Assembly: GCA_051362555.1 (NCBI GenBank)
Contig: CM120643.1
Location: 6,944,001 to 7,008,000 of the forward strand
Direction: 5' to 3'
Source: Lingula anatina
Taxonomy: Eukaryota; Animalia; Brachiopoda
DNA: 64,000 nt
Below, piece by piece: positions 13,146-27,108 of this stretch (within the stretch, counting starts at the first letter, position 1; each line of letters begins with the position of its first letter). The position numbers were made by a program, and so were the translations under genes. The notes below the pieces were generated by a model. The model had not been told where the DNA came from. It worked only from the letters and a program-made list of their open reading frames with translations, and searched no databases.

Positions 13146-16100
13146 GAAAAAAACAAACAAACAAAAATTATTCTTATAGTTTTGAAAGTAACGCCTCGGT
13201 TAGAAAAGTGTTGTTAGCAGTTTGCTAAGAAAATAGTTTGACTATACAAAATGTTATAGAAAAATCAAACCCGCAATTAAGAACTTTATAATATTCCAAT
13301 TCAGGTCTTTCAATGTTTCAAGAATTTCATCGGCTGTTTTACAACTTGGTCATACTAACAGCCGGTTTTAATCAATAATTAAAACAAGTTAATATTTGCG
13401 CTCCGATATTTCCGTCTCCGTTCTCCGTTATGTGGCTTTCATCGGGGATTCAGCTTTTTGCACACCTCAGGTAGTGGTGATACTCACGTCCTTAACCCAA
13501 CTTTCTATGTTACTGGAACATTTTTGAAATATTGTTGAGATTTCTTTGTGAAGTCCCAAATATCTCATTTCGAAAAAAAATCATTTTTTAATTTAAAAAC
13601 TTATCATTCTGTCCTTCAAACCTTCTACTCTTGTTTAGCCCATTGCCTATGGGGACAGTTCAGCAAAAGCACTAAATCTCATTCATTAGCACTTCTGTCT
13701 TATGTTTTCTGATGTATTCTGGATAATTGCACAAATAGGCCCTAGTAGACTATAGTGCATAAATAAAAATGTGCAACATTTCGTGCAAGTTGGCAAACAT
13801 ACTTGATTTGATAATCGCCGGCAGTTTGTGTAGTTCAAAAATAGCAAAATTTGACTTCACGTAGGCCTAAATTCTGTCGACACTGCGTAGAGATTTTACG
13901 TCGTTTTTTCACGCGCCATTACGTTGCGTAGCAGTCGTTGTGTGTAAAAACGCTAATTTGAATGTAAAATGCCTATAATTTCTTTCTGTTTTAATCTTTT
14001 AAAATTTCAGTTTCAAGACATGATAGACAAATATGTAAGCTTCAATTTTATTCATTGGGACAACATTTCAGAGGAAGAATTTGATAGAGTAAATCAGCGC
14101 TAAATTATAACGCCACGATGATTTTCTAGCATAACGTCAGCATAACATTTGCTGGAACTTATTTTAATTTTAGTTCATTTCGTAGAGTTGACGATTTGCC
14201 AGTTAATTTTATAGTGCTGCGTTTTTAGTAATGGCGCTCTTTCTCATTAGACGTCATCTTGGAATTCGAAGTCCATCTTTGTGAATTACTAGGCCCATAG
14301 TTGAAACATAGGGTAGGCCTAGTTACATAAGTAGAAAAAAATCTGAACAGGTTTTTTTAGAGGCAAAAGTTGTAAAAGTTTGTATAACCTGGTGTGTTAA
14401 AGTTAAAGGACACTGGTAAACACCCGAACGCACTCAAAATTCAATTTCCCAAACCTTTTATAGGCTACCATCATCCATACCCTCCCCCCATCATTTTTGT
14501 GCCGTTTTTTTTCAACATCTTTCCTTTTAATCCAACTTTCTCTATTGAATGGTTCGTCGACATCTAATTTAAACTAAAATATCATATTGTCATTTTCAAT
14601 AGTTTACTAGGTAATTTCTTTATGAACTTTTTATCCCCCCTCCCCGCCTCGCGTTGTGTCTTCACTAACACAATGAGGTGATATTTTGTGGAATCCGTCA
14701 CAATCATGGTTGAGACAGCATCAGAATCAAAACACTGCAGTCTCTATCGTAAGGTCTATTTGGTCAAACATAGCAAAAACTGCTCAGATATTCAAATCAG
14801 TGGACCTTATTGAGTCATATCAAGAAAGCCAGTGACCCACATAATGTCGTTTCAATTTTGGGTTGATAAGGATCTGAAGTTAATTTTCGTCTGACATTTT
14901 TTGAAATATACTGAACACAAACGTCGTGTAATGCATTTTTAATGTTGTAAAGTACAAATGAAGTTCCATCCGTAAAATATTGATGAGAGTTGAAAAGAAA
15001 AGGCGGTCACTTCAGCCTGCCACCTCCCCTACCATGAATGTAATGGGATGGACAGCCTGGAAGGAGACATCACTGCCTAAGTGCTGAGTGATCAGGAAGT
15101 GGAGCGAAGGCGGCTTAGATATTAAGTATACTATTATCGTAATTTAAGCCATATCAATATAAAGTATTAAGAAATCAATGTCAGATATTTGGTGATAAGT
15201 AAATTGTGATTTATTTTTGAAATGTATTTTGACACCAGTTTGCTTAAGAGCGTTCATGACTATTTCTCAACATTTTCCCCACGTACCATGTATTTCCTCT
15301 TTCACTTCATCTCATCACGTCTCATAAAACAAAGGAAGATGCAGTTGCAATTCATGTTCAGTATTTTGACCTTCGTCGGTAGAAATAGTAGTGGCAGTGG
15401 AAGTTTACTGTGAGAAATGGCCAAGGAGGGGAAAATGCTGTGAAATGTCTTGTGAAGGTCTGGCTATTGACATGTTGATATTTACATGTAGTGAACGGTT
15501 GGTAGTGAAATTATAGAATATGTCGTAGGTATAGTAACAAAACGTCCATTTCCTAAGTAAAGTACATAATTCAGGTATTAAGGGGATATAGTAATACACT
15601 TCCATTTCGAATATTGGCAAGATTCGTAAATTAAGATTTAATATTTCATTTCAATAAAATGTGTGAGCTAAACTGTGGTTGTATTGATTTCTGCGTGACA
15701 TGTTATAAGAAGAACCCTTCAAGACATAAGGGGCGAACTGATGACCCGAAATGCTGTTCTGAACGGGTTTGAAAAGGTTTTATCCAAAGGCGTCTTTTAC
15801 GTGCTTTATATCAATATAGCATCGCGAATTTGAGGTGATTTACGAATTAAATGTTACATAATTAAAACGTAATCATATATCAGAATGCATGGTCATCAGT
15901 TAAAAACTTGCTTTATTGTATTGAAATATGTTCTATACTATCTTATTGTCAAGTTTGTCACACGTGACATGTAAAATGATACTATTTGTGGTATTCTTCA
16001 GCAAGACAGCAAGGGATGACTTCAAGTTTAGATGGGAATTAAGTACGCACAAATACACAAATTTTATGTCGGTTTTTCTATTATTTAAATATTTTTCTAT

Positions 16101-17065
16101 AATATTCAGAATTCTGTTATATTTAGTTTCACCTAAATTACCAAAGGACACATTATCGAAATCGTTGATAAATTCTACAAGTCCGGTGTCGAATTTTTAA
16201 TTTCTCTTTTTACCAGCGTGAGTGCATTCTTCAGTCTGATTCTCAAATTCTGAAATCTAGAATATATCGACTGACGCTCATTGTGTGTCTTTTCTTTAAT
16301 GTTCAGATGGGAAAGAAAGGATTATCGTCTCTTGAAATTTGCTGTCCTGTTGAGTAAGAGATGTCATTTTACGAATCAAGATCGATTATTTTGTGTCACA
16401 AGTGAAGTATGTAGAATTAAGAAATTTCCATTTGAGAAAAAATTCGATTTGAGAAATATCCCTTCTTGAAAAGCTGATTTCGTACATGTAAATGCCCTTC
16501 ATATGATGGAAAAGAAACTACTTTCGTGTTTTACTTATCTCTGAAGGTATAGTTCTTACAATGTAAAATATGACACGTTTTATCATGAAAAATAACTAAT
16601 ATTTTTGCCATTAATCTGTTAAACAAATACAGGTTCTGGGTAAAGACGATGGGACTATTTATGTGATTGAAAATTATTTTATTTTTCAAATTTAACTGTT
16701 TTAGGCAATTCTCTCTAACCAGCATCTTTCCATCTATTGACCAGATGATGCAGAAATTAGGGATATTTTCACGTATTTAGAACAATTTATGTTCAGAAGG
16801 TTGCAAATTATTTGTTACAAGATTTTTGAAATTGAAAATGGGTGAAGGGAATATGAGAAATATCGTGACATGTTCCTTGGATTTGAATCCAGATTTCATA
16901 AGCGAACATGTAGTTTGTTTTCTAAATAGTTTTTGTAAGAATTTATTTTCAATATCATATTCTTTTTATAATCTAATGTTCACTATTATTTCAATTTTGT
17001 CAAAAGCTGGGTAAACGCTGTATTTGTTTTTTTTTTTTACGTATTTTGACACTTTTTTTGCTTAA

Positions 17066-17254
17066 GCCCCCTCTACACTAGACGGCGTCCTTTCTGCGTC
17101 CCGTGGTACGGCCCCGTTCGAGAGTGAAAAAAAAAACAAACTTTTAGTGCCGACATCTGGCCGATCATTGAGCATTTATTTGCAACCAAAGCGATGCTTG
17201 TGCCTCCTTTCTATGTCAGTTTAATGGCCGCACAAAGGACGCAGAAAGGACGCC
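17066..17254. mobile_element. PIF/Harbinger-type MITE (copy 2, right TIR truncated)
   Basis: TAA|GCCCCCTCTACACTAGACGGCGTCCTTTCTGC left end; right arm stops at GCAGAAAGGACGCC; same family as 2333-2550. Confidence 0.6.
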
Positions 17255-17885
17255 GGGGGTTTTCACAACGAAAGTGTGTCCGTTTTGTCTTCCTAACGAT
17301 ACGTGTCCGACTTAAAAAGCGTTCAATTGTAAACAGCATTTAATAAAAATCTCATAATTCTCATTGTTATCCAGAGAAAAACAATGGTGGATCCAGGACA
17401 TCTTAAAGGGGTCGGATGTTGACATTTGGAGCGAGATGGAGTATTTTGAGAACTTGATCATGTGAGTCCAGAATGGGTCTCTCTCCTCGGGGAGGGCGGA
17501 GAATAGATCCACCATTGTTTTTTTTTTTTTTTTTTTAATTTTAATGAAGAAGTTTAAATATATTGTTTTTGTCATTAAGAACAAACATAAGACCATTAAT
17601 GTGGAAGATAGTTTATTCGTCAAGTCGAATATATAAGAATGTTATATTTTTACACCTGTAAGTGAATTTAAATGCAGACATCATAATATTATACTATAAT
17701 ATCATAATATTCTTTAAGATACTAAATGCTTTTTAACTTGTAGTAATAAAAAAGACTGAAGACGATGATATTTTACAGATATATGTTTTATAAATAATTG
17801 AATGCATAAAAGCAATTTGTATTGCTTATTGCTCTTAATAAAAAAACTTATTGAATATACAAAATGTCTTAGCGTTTTTACTGAT

Positions 17886-18270
17886 GGCTATATTGCTCAG
17901 TGGTAGCGTGGGGTTGGGGTTCGATTCCTGGCTCGGGCACTTTGGAATTACAATGAGGTGCTATTAGAAATTGTCTTTGGTTACTATAAGAAGAAAGTCT
18001 ACACGGGGAGGGTGGGTGGGAACACTTAGAGAAGTAGGTAACGCGCTTGTCTCTGAGACAGAAGGTCCCCAGTTCGATTCCTGGCGCTTCTAGGTCCCAG
18101 CAAATTACCTTTTGCAAAAATAAACCCAAATAAACAATTCAAACTACTATAAGAGGATCATACGAATGAGGAAAAACGTGAACTGAGACGGTGGCTCAGT
18201 GGGTAAGGCGACAGACTAAAAAGCAGAAAAGAGTAAGCTAGGAGTTGAAAACCTAAGGTTCAAGTCGAGC
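17886..18270 (+). pseudogene. Three tandem degenerate tRNA-like (Pol III A/B box) sequences
   Basis: A-box-like TTGCTCAGTGG (17893) and TGGCTCAGTGG (18192); B-box-like GGTTCGATTCC (17918), AGTTCGATTCC (18071) and GGTTCAAGTC (18257). None folds into a complete cloverleaf by eye. Confidence 0.55.
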
Positions 18271-21200
18271 TGAAGAAAAGAAAGTCAAGAATAAACATGT
18301 GACAATTTGCACATCATCTATTACAACTTTTATGTACGTTTATTATAACAAATACAAACAACTGCACCATACAGATGTATGCAAAATCCAAACATTACGT
18401 TTTGGCTCTACATAAAAAGTAATTTTCATAACGACTGCGCAATTTGAGATATAAATTAAATTAAAAAATACAACTATCTACAACTAAATGTGTGGGAGAT
18501 TCTATGCATTTTGAATATTGTCGCTCAAGATCAATCATTTTGGTTCTAAAAAAGTGCTCAAGAACACTGCATACAAGACGACATAATACTGACCAGAACA
18601 TGAAATTCTCAGGTTTTTGCTGCGACTTAAAAGAGAAAGTTGAAGATTTGACGTGAAGTATTTTACAACTATCGTTCAAAGTTGAAATTGGTGTATTTGT
18701 CTTGTGACTGATCCAATATTTCACCGAGGGACATTTTTATCCAAAATTCAAGGGTGGTAACAGCATAGAAAATTCAAAATGATTATGATCTCATGTAAGC
18801 GTTTCCACCGCACGCGGGTACACACTCATGACCCCACAGCTAACTGTATGTCCCCATGCTGATGATCACACAAAACACGAAACAGCAGTCAAACATTATT
18901 CAGTTCTGTAAATTTAATGAATGTTTTCTCATAGATAAATAAATATGTTTTTCTTCTCTTTAAATCTTAAAATAGGAACAAATTTATGCGCCGTGCGAAT
19001 CAAGAACAGCATGAAGACATGGTCAGTTTACAACCTTATCCCAGTCAATAGTCACTTTAAGAACAATATTTCGTAAACAAAATTAAAAAGGTTGTGCAAA
19101 AACAAGTTTACTTAAAATAACTCTACGGTCACTTGTGCTCAGTGATTCAGAAACACTCAGCAAAAATAACCCAACAGCACGTGCAGGACTGGCACCTAAT
19201 CAGGCCTTTTGTTCTCAATCACTCCTTGATCCCGACCGAAATATAGAATAAAGAAAGTACCAAGTACAAGATCAACATTAAATAAAACACTGAACTTCCT
19301 ATTTTTATTAAACTTTTAGCCTTACCAATCAAAGTGTCATCTTTCTGATGAAATTTTGATTTTTCACATTTGATTAGACAAATGCCACAAAACAAAGGAT
19401 TTTAAACAATAAGTCAGTAAATTGGCAATTAACTGGCCAAATCATACACTAAACTACAATGTACCAAATATAAAAACAGATACGTATGCAGATTTTATGT
19501 TAATTCAATTAAGATTTTATTGTGGTTTTAGAGGATTGGGAAAAGTTGACAGTCTACAAAAGTTCGTCCAATTACTAGGAAATACCGATACCCCCCTCCC
19601 CCCAAAAAAAGCTTTGCGACAACTGTAGTTAACGATAAGAATATGATAAGGATTTTCAAGTTATTAAAGGATACGATAAATGCCAGTCCTGCACGTACAC
19701 TTTAATTGTCAAAGGATGCCAAAATAAAACACTTTGTTTCTCTTAACAATTCTGCTCTGTAACGAAGGCAAAAAGCCAATTTTCCTTCTTAAATAACAAA
19801 AACATATAAATTTCGAAAAAAAACAAAAAAAAAAAAAAAAAAAAAACGACCCAACCCCTGGTTTGATTTTCTGAAAACAAAAATATTTCTACCCTCTCCC
19901 AGCAATAAAACTATGGGTCTATCACAGATCAGACACACTACTCGCATATCAAAACAGCGGGAACCAGAGGAAGTTTATTCATACCATGCGTCATATCCAT
20001 AATTTTAGAAAGGCCCGTTTTAATACGTGTAGGCAATTCTGTAATAACTATGAGCACATTTTACAATTTCATACTTCCGATAATTCATAAATGTCATAAT
20101 TTGGATTACAGCATTAACAGCTTATTGTTGTTTTATATCTCGGTCATTTCTTCCAATAAAAGATTCTTGTAAAAGATTCTTCCAAGAAAAGATTCTCGTA
20201 TACATTTAACGCACGACTCTACGTATTTTTTTAAAGTTAACTTCATTAAAATCAATATTTGTATCCATATCCAAGTTAAAAATGTATTTTCGAGTGCATA
20301 ACAAAGCGTCTTATTACATATTTGCCCACACATATAATTTTACAATCAAACATTGAACCGGTCGTACTAGCACAGCGCTCTACCTGCACATCACTTAATA
20401 ATAAATTTAAAACCATTAATTTATTTACATAGATCACTTAAGCAAGGCACTTTTTTGTTTTAGGATAACTTAAAAAGTGTCGTTTCAGGTTCGAGAACTG
20501 GTGGGTATGAACAAAAAATTTAAATTGTGATAAAAACATCGTGTGCGGATAGAGTGCTGTATTACAACTTATTTACACATGTATTATGATATACCAGTGA
20601 CGTGCAGAGTTGACGCTTGGATTTAGTCCATTTTATAAGAAGTTTCATGAATAAAACACTCGTTATACGCTGCACTTCATTTGATACACGTTTTGATGCA
20701 GAATATTACAAACCAAAGCAAATATTACATTTCAAACCAAATCATATGTCAACCCTGCAAGTTGACTATACGACAAACTTCGACACGCAAGACAACGTTG
20801 ACATGGGTGCGGGCGCTGGCGAACACGAATCTGATGTCTTTGCTGGGAGTGCGTCCTATCTCATAGTAGACGGTTGTTACGAGGCACTGAAATTAAATGA
20901 AAAATGAAACAAATTAAACTAAATCCATAATAATATCTAAGGAATTGACAAAGTGAAATACATAATATTAATAATAATCTTGATAGGTTTTTAACTTTCT
21001 TAGTTTAACATTATTTTGCGTATTTTGTGGGTAGAGTGATATAAATTCAGGATTTCATTGCTACACGTGCTTATTATCTTCAGAATGATTTTACCAATTA
21101 CTTTATACCAATACATCCATACTTAAATAAATTCGTAATCCGAATGCTGGCACTTTAGCTCATCTTTTTTTTTAAATCAAATAGTTTATGCAAGCATTTT

Positions 21201-22197
21201 ATTTCAGATTATAATATCAAAGACGGTATGTAATCGAAATTGCAATCAGGAAAAAATGAAGTCAACGGGGTCGACAATGCCTAGCTAATATACGTTTGCT
21301 TTCCTGGTCGCGGCTATTTCTCTATAAAATAATTTGTTTATTGTCAGTTAGCTTTAATAAATAGGATATATTTGTACAGGTAACTGTCAAAAAATAAAAA
21401 AGGCACCCATTGGTAGCAGAGAATGTTACAGTAGTTACCTGCTTTGTCGTCTTGCTTTGTTTAAGACAGAATAACGCGTTCAGACCTTTGGACGGCTGGA
21501 ATAATCTTCTCACTTCTTTATGAGTAAATACTTTCCTTCTGGGAAAAGCAATATAAAAAGTTATTAAACTTTCCAAGCTCATTTCAGCATTCATGTCAAT
21601 GAAATATATCCAAGAGCCATTACGTCTAAAGTGGGAAATGCATACTTTTGGATAAAATATCGTCAACATAAACCGATCAGTGTTGTCTTATATCATCTAT
21701 ACAGTACTTACAACAAACTACATCAGTTCTCAGTGCCAAAATTTCAGTCTACGTGTGGAAATTGTGGCAATGTGGCACGTAAAGCTTCTTCCTCTTCCTT
21801 CTGACCTTGGTCCTATCTGAATACCTCTCACCAAAATGCTCACCTGGTTTACATAATAATAGCACTGACTGTGGGATTGTGTTAGAGAAGACACGATGCG
21901 GCTTAACGCAATCTAAACGTTATCATCAGGTTATTGCACAAACAAACCATTTTGTTTTGTCCATCTATAGACCTTCATCCCAAATAAATGAGGTTTTTAT
22001 TATTAAAACGTCCCAATTAAAACATGCTGTCGCCTATTGCTCTAGCACTGTAAATATTTAACACTAGAGTTGTGGCGACTTAGGTATGTACATGTATATC
22101 TAACATTTTAATTTTTATGCAGCAGTACATATGAACCCAAATATGCTTCTTAGAAAAAATAAATCAAATAAGAATCAGTTTACTGAGTTACGCATCA

Positions 22198-23423
22198 TTC
22201 GTGAAAGTATTGTTTTCTGATTTCATTGTTTGTTCTCTGTTGTCGCGACTCTGTGGTTGCGTGCGACGTTGTATATGTGCGCACGCTTGTTTTTACGTCG
22301 CTTATTCTTCTTTGTTACGTTAAAATGATACATACGTTACCGATACATACGTTACCATGAAGCGTGTAAATATTTATTCTATTTTCATTGGTTTTCTTTC
22401 GCTTTGTGGGCCAACACTTATGTCTTTTATTTGTGTTTCATTAAAATAGTGTTGGCGCACAAAAGGAGAGACAACCAATGAAAATAGAATAAATAATATT
22501 TACACGCTTTATGGTAACGTATGTATCATTTTAACGTAACAAAGAAGAATGAGCGACGTAATAACATGCATGCGCACATATACAACGTCGCACGCAACCA
22601 CAGACTCGCGACAACAGAGAACAAACAATGAAATTAGAAAACAATACCTTCACATTATTTGGTAACGTATGTATCAGTGACGTATGTATCATATAAACTA
22701 TTTCAACAAACGGTTTCAAGACAAAAATCTTTACTTGCCCTGCTTTTCCTTCTTATTGTAATGTTGTATACCGTAAGAATAAGGCGTTTGCTCACAAAAC
22801 GGACAACAAACAATAAAAAACAAAAGTATTTACAAGCCACATGGTAACCATTTTCATTGGTTGTCTTTCGTTTTGTGCGCCAACACTTATGTCTTAATGT
22901 TACATTAAAATGAAAGAAAACGAGACAAATAAGATTTCTTGCCTTCAACTATTTGTGAAAATTATCCATTTGATTCATACGTTATCGATATGTATGTGAC
23001 CAAATAATATGAAGGGGTTGTTTTCTGATTCCATTAATTGTTTTCTGTTGTCACGACTTTGTGAGTGGGTGTGACTTTGTATATGTGCGCACTACGTTTT
23101 ACGGCCCTAATTCTTATTTGTTACGTTAATATGATACATATACGTTACCAAATAACGTGAAGGTATTGTTTTCTGATTTCATTGTTTGCTCTCTGTTGTC
23201 ATGACTCTGTGGTTGCGTGCGACGTTGTATATGTGCGCACGCTTGTTTTTACGTCGCTCATTCTTCTTTGTTACGCTAAAATGATACATACGTTACCGAT
23301 ACATACGTTACCATGAAGCGTGTAAATATTTATTCTATTTTCATTGGTTTTCTTTCGCTTTGTCGGCCAACACTTATGTCTTTTATTTGTGTTTCATTAA
23401 TATAGTGTTGGAGCACAAAAGGA
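22198..23423. repeat. Foldback-like complex of inverted and direct copies of a roughly 200-260 bp unit
   Basis: 22201-22417 is the near-perfect reverse complement of 22449-22653; a further degraded inverted segment follows to about 23150; 23157-23423 is a near-identical direct copy of 22198-22463. Confidence 0.8.
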
Positions 23424-23706
23424 CTTGATATCTGTAAGATTCTGCAGGGAGAAATGGGAGACATGGCCTAGTTTTTTACCTCTCAAAAAGTTTGCAAAAT
23501 ACTTTGTCTTTCAGTGGTCCCCGATTCTTTAATATTACCAATGTTATCACTTTGAACCGCATAAAATACTTTTGGAAGTAAAAGAATCATATTAGAAACT
23601 ATCACTACACTTTCTTTTTATCATTTTATTTTTATTCATCTTAGTATTGCCACTGACATATCTACTAGTGCCTCAATTTAGGACTCATTCCCAATGTAAC
23701 TATTGG

Positions 23707-23884
23707 TCTATGTAAATCGATCCAGCTCCACAGGGACTCTTGCTGAATGCAATTGGATTGGCGCACCTCCTTTTGTTTATAACATGCTTGTTTTCCATTT
23801 TCTACTCAAAGCTAGGGGGTGGTATGCTAATCTCTTAATCTGATTACATTCAGCAAGAGTCCCCCTGAATTGATCTACCTAGAC
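23707..23884. mobile_element. Degraded MITE-like inverted-repeat element
   Basis: GTCTATGTAAATCGATCCAG...GGGACTCTTGCTGAATG versus CATTCAGCAAGAGTCCC...CTGAATTGATCTACCTAGAC. Confidence 0.5.
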
Positions 23885-24372
23885 AGATAAAGCACTGAAT
23901 GCACTCTTATTTTTATTTGGACTGAGTTCTTAGACCTAAATATTCTTACACAGTCATATAAATAAAACAACAACAATAAATAATAATAATATTTAATATT
24001 TATTTATAATTAAAAGTTGGTACATTTATAATGTTGAAATGATAATTCTCAGAAAAACAAAGATCAAATACATTTTCAAGAAGTGCATTAAAATTGAAAT
24101 TTATGAATAAAGTTGATGAAATCATATAATTACCTAATATAATATAAGTATGATAAATATTGACAAAAACTGCATTGTAGACTTTCAATTTAATTTTCAA
24201 AGACATAAAAACTGTATTCATAAACATTTGCACAGTACTTTTTACTTACATTTTTGCATTAAAAATTCCCGATGTAAATTTATATGTACTTTGTAATATT
24301 TCATAAGGAAACAAAAGTCTGAAATTCACTGCAAAGTGACTGTAGTTTGCCACTTTTAAAATGTTCTCTCTC

Positions 24373-24522
24373 TCATCACTGTATATCATGTCCACAGTGT
24401 GTTCAGTGATTTCTATATAAGACTACAGACACATATACAACTATGATCATCACTGTATATCATGTCCACAGTGTGTTCAGTGATTTCCATATGAGACTAC
24501 AGACACATATACAACTATGATC
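24373..24522. repeat. Tandem duplication of an approximately 74-bp unit
   Basis: TCATCACTGTATATCATGTCCACAGTGTGTTCAGTG...ACAACTATGA occurs twice. Confidence 0.85.
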
Positions 24523-26204
24523 CCCACTGCACAATGAATAAAATAGTCACCACATACTGCCTGGTTGGGGTTATGTGCGTAAATGAAATATCTTAAATTT
24601 GACAGTAAGTGTAAAAGTACATGTAACTCTCAAGTGGTGAAAAACTGGAAAATTTTTATTTATCAAGTATCTTTCATCAGTTTTGTATACATACCTGTTG
24701 TAAGCATAAGTTTTACCCCCTACCCAGGTTCTGTATGATGTTATTTGTTACTGAGCACATTTAGAACAGCAGACTAACAGATCCCTGGATGAAATATGGA
24801 GACCCACTATATGCTAATGCTTGTTGCTTAATCCCCATAGGGAATCTATTCAGTGTCTAATCAGGAATTAAGTGGCAAGCTTTTTGGTGGGTTGCCATAT
24901 TTGATCCATGAACTAGTTAGTCCACTACGTTGAATGCGCCCAATGAGGCATGAGAGAAAATATAACAACAGCTATAGGAGTCTGAAGTTTTCTTAGTACT
25001 TTTAATTAAAATTTCTCTTTCTCACCTCTCTTTATTTATGCCTCTCTACAACTTCAACCCAGTTTCTCTCTTAAATAAAATTCTGCACTAATGAGCTTAA
25101 TTAAATAAATAAACATTCTTTGATTAAAAACAGCTCCAGAATTACCAGGTGAGAATTTACTAGGTGCCAGTACTTATAACAGACATTAACAATGTGATGA
25201 TTCAGTCACCATTCTGACTTGCTTAATCCAGTATTGGTTTATTAGCACTACATGTACTTTAGGCAAGCTAACTCAATAAATAACTTTGGATATTTAAGAT
25301 AAGAAAAAAATTGTCTTTTCATTCAATTTTATTTTTAAAAATCTACATAAAATTACAAAGTAAGCAACAAAAGTAATAATAAGTGCTTATCTTTTATTAA
25401 GACTACTATGACATCACAACAGTACTGTACATTAAGTATAAAAGCTTCAATATATTTATTGCCAAAATTTGCTAAATTCTTTATTTTAAAGAAATAATAA
25501 TGAAATGATTTCCTCCATATTACACAAAATTGCTGCAGACATCTTTTATACTACTGGCAAACCATAAGATGAGCACTAACATAAGACTAGACAGCAAAGC
25601 TGGCAAAATATACAGACACAAAACACAAAACAAGGTGCAACAATAGAGTTTAGTAGATTTTTTTCTGTGACAGCACCGAATATATACAAATACAGGCCAA
25701 GGCCTATGGGTTTGCAAATTCACCAGTTTTATCATTAGTTATATAATAGCTTCTTTCAGTACTTATAAAACTGTACGTGTGTATTTGTAAAAATAATAAA
25801 ATCCTGCTAATTTTTAATTCAAGCAGCCTTTTACTAAACAAAGTCACTCTGCATATTTGATGTAAAACAAAATCATGGTTTGGTATCTATGTTAAGACAG
25901 TCACCAAAATACATGTAAAAATAAAATAGATAAATAAATAAATAAATTATGTGTTTTTAAATTTTTTTACTCAATCGAAGTTGGGGGGACATGCACCATG
26001 TTGAGACTGAATACCAGTGGATGTCTGGGGATGGCTACAGGAACATGGACCCTATCTCCTGATGTCAGGGAGGAAAAAGAAATGGTTGGAGCCTGGTACA
26101 CAAATGTTGACTGCATTGAGACAAATTATCTCCAACAAAAGATTTCAGAAGGACATTTTGTCAAGAACAAGTATTTTCCCCATATAAAGGTAGGGAGATG
26201 ATAT

Positions 26205-26280
26205 TGTAACGATACCTCTCCCTCCCCCCCCCCCCCCTTCGTTTGGTTTCCAATACCACATTTCCACTTAATCTCTTTAG
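26205..26280 (+). mobile_element. LTR 5' end fragment (related to the LTR at 27945) fused directly to integrase
   Basis: TGTAAC...poly-C...TTCCAATAC..TTT(C/T)CAC.T.ATCTCTT.AG shared with 27945-28002; purine-rich tract just upstream (26186-26200). Confidence 0.55.
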
Positions 26281-26282
26281 TT

Positions 26283-27108
26283 GTGCTGGGACCCTTCCCT
26301 GAAAGTGACCGCAGTAACAGGGTTATATTGGTGGTGAGTGACTATTTCACTAAATGGGTTGAAGCCTTTCCTTTCCCTAAACAGGAGGCCATGACGATTG
26401 CCAACCAAGACTTTAGTGGAAGAAGTGATTGCTAGATTCGGAACAGCAACCAGTTTGCATTCAGATCAAGGAAGAAACTTTGAAGCAAACGTTCTAAAAG
26501 AAGTTTGCACTATTCTAGGCATCTACAAGACCAAAACAACACTGTTTAATCCAAAATCAGATGGTTTGGTAGAACGCTTTAACAGAGCCTTGGTTACAGG
26601 CATTGCAAAACTTCTAGAACACAGTTGACATCAGAAGGATTGGGATGAGAAGATCCCTTTATTTCTTATGTCCTACCGCAGCTCACGACACGACAGCACC
26701 GGCGAAACTCCAAATTTAATGATGTTAGGGCGTGAGATTGATTTACCGGTACACGCGATGATTGAGGAACCTCCGGGTTCACATGCTTTACAAACCGATT
26801 ACGCCTTGCAGTTGCGGGATAATTTGAGTAGTGTCTGGAAACGAGCGAGAGAGAAGCACAAGAAGAGTGCTGTTGTACAGAAGCGTAACTATGATTCCCG
26901 AGTACATTGGCAAGTGTATAAAGTGGGAGAAAAAGTATGGTACTTTGATTTCAACGAGAAAAAGGGTGTGAGTCCAAAACTACAGCCAAAATGGACTGGA
27001 CCATACGAGGGGGTAGATCGAATTTCAGACCTAGTATACCGGATAAAGCTTAGCCACAAGCATAAACCCAAAGTCGTGCACTACGATAATTTAAAGTTCT
27101 GTCACTAA
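26283..27108 (+). pseudogene. Ty3/Gypsy integrase remnant
   Basis: LGPFPESDRSNRVILVVSDYFTKWVEAFP, HSDQGRNFE, FNPKSDGLVERFNR, YRSSRHDSTGETP and a GPY/F module (KLQPKWTGPY...VVHYDNLK). Frameshift near 26400 and in-frame TGA at 26626. Confidence 0.92.

Noticed and set aside
19178-19706. Inverted ACGTGCAGGACTGGCA pair (Kolobok-like, TTAA on the right)
   Set aside because: Left terminus is degraded and has no TSD; too weak to call.
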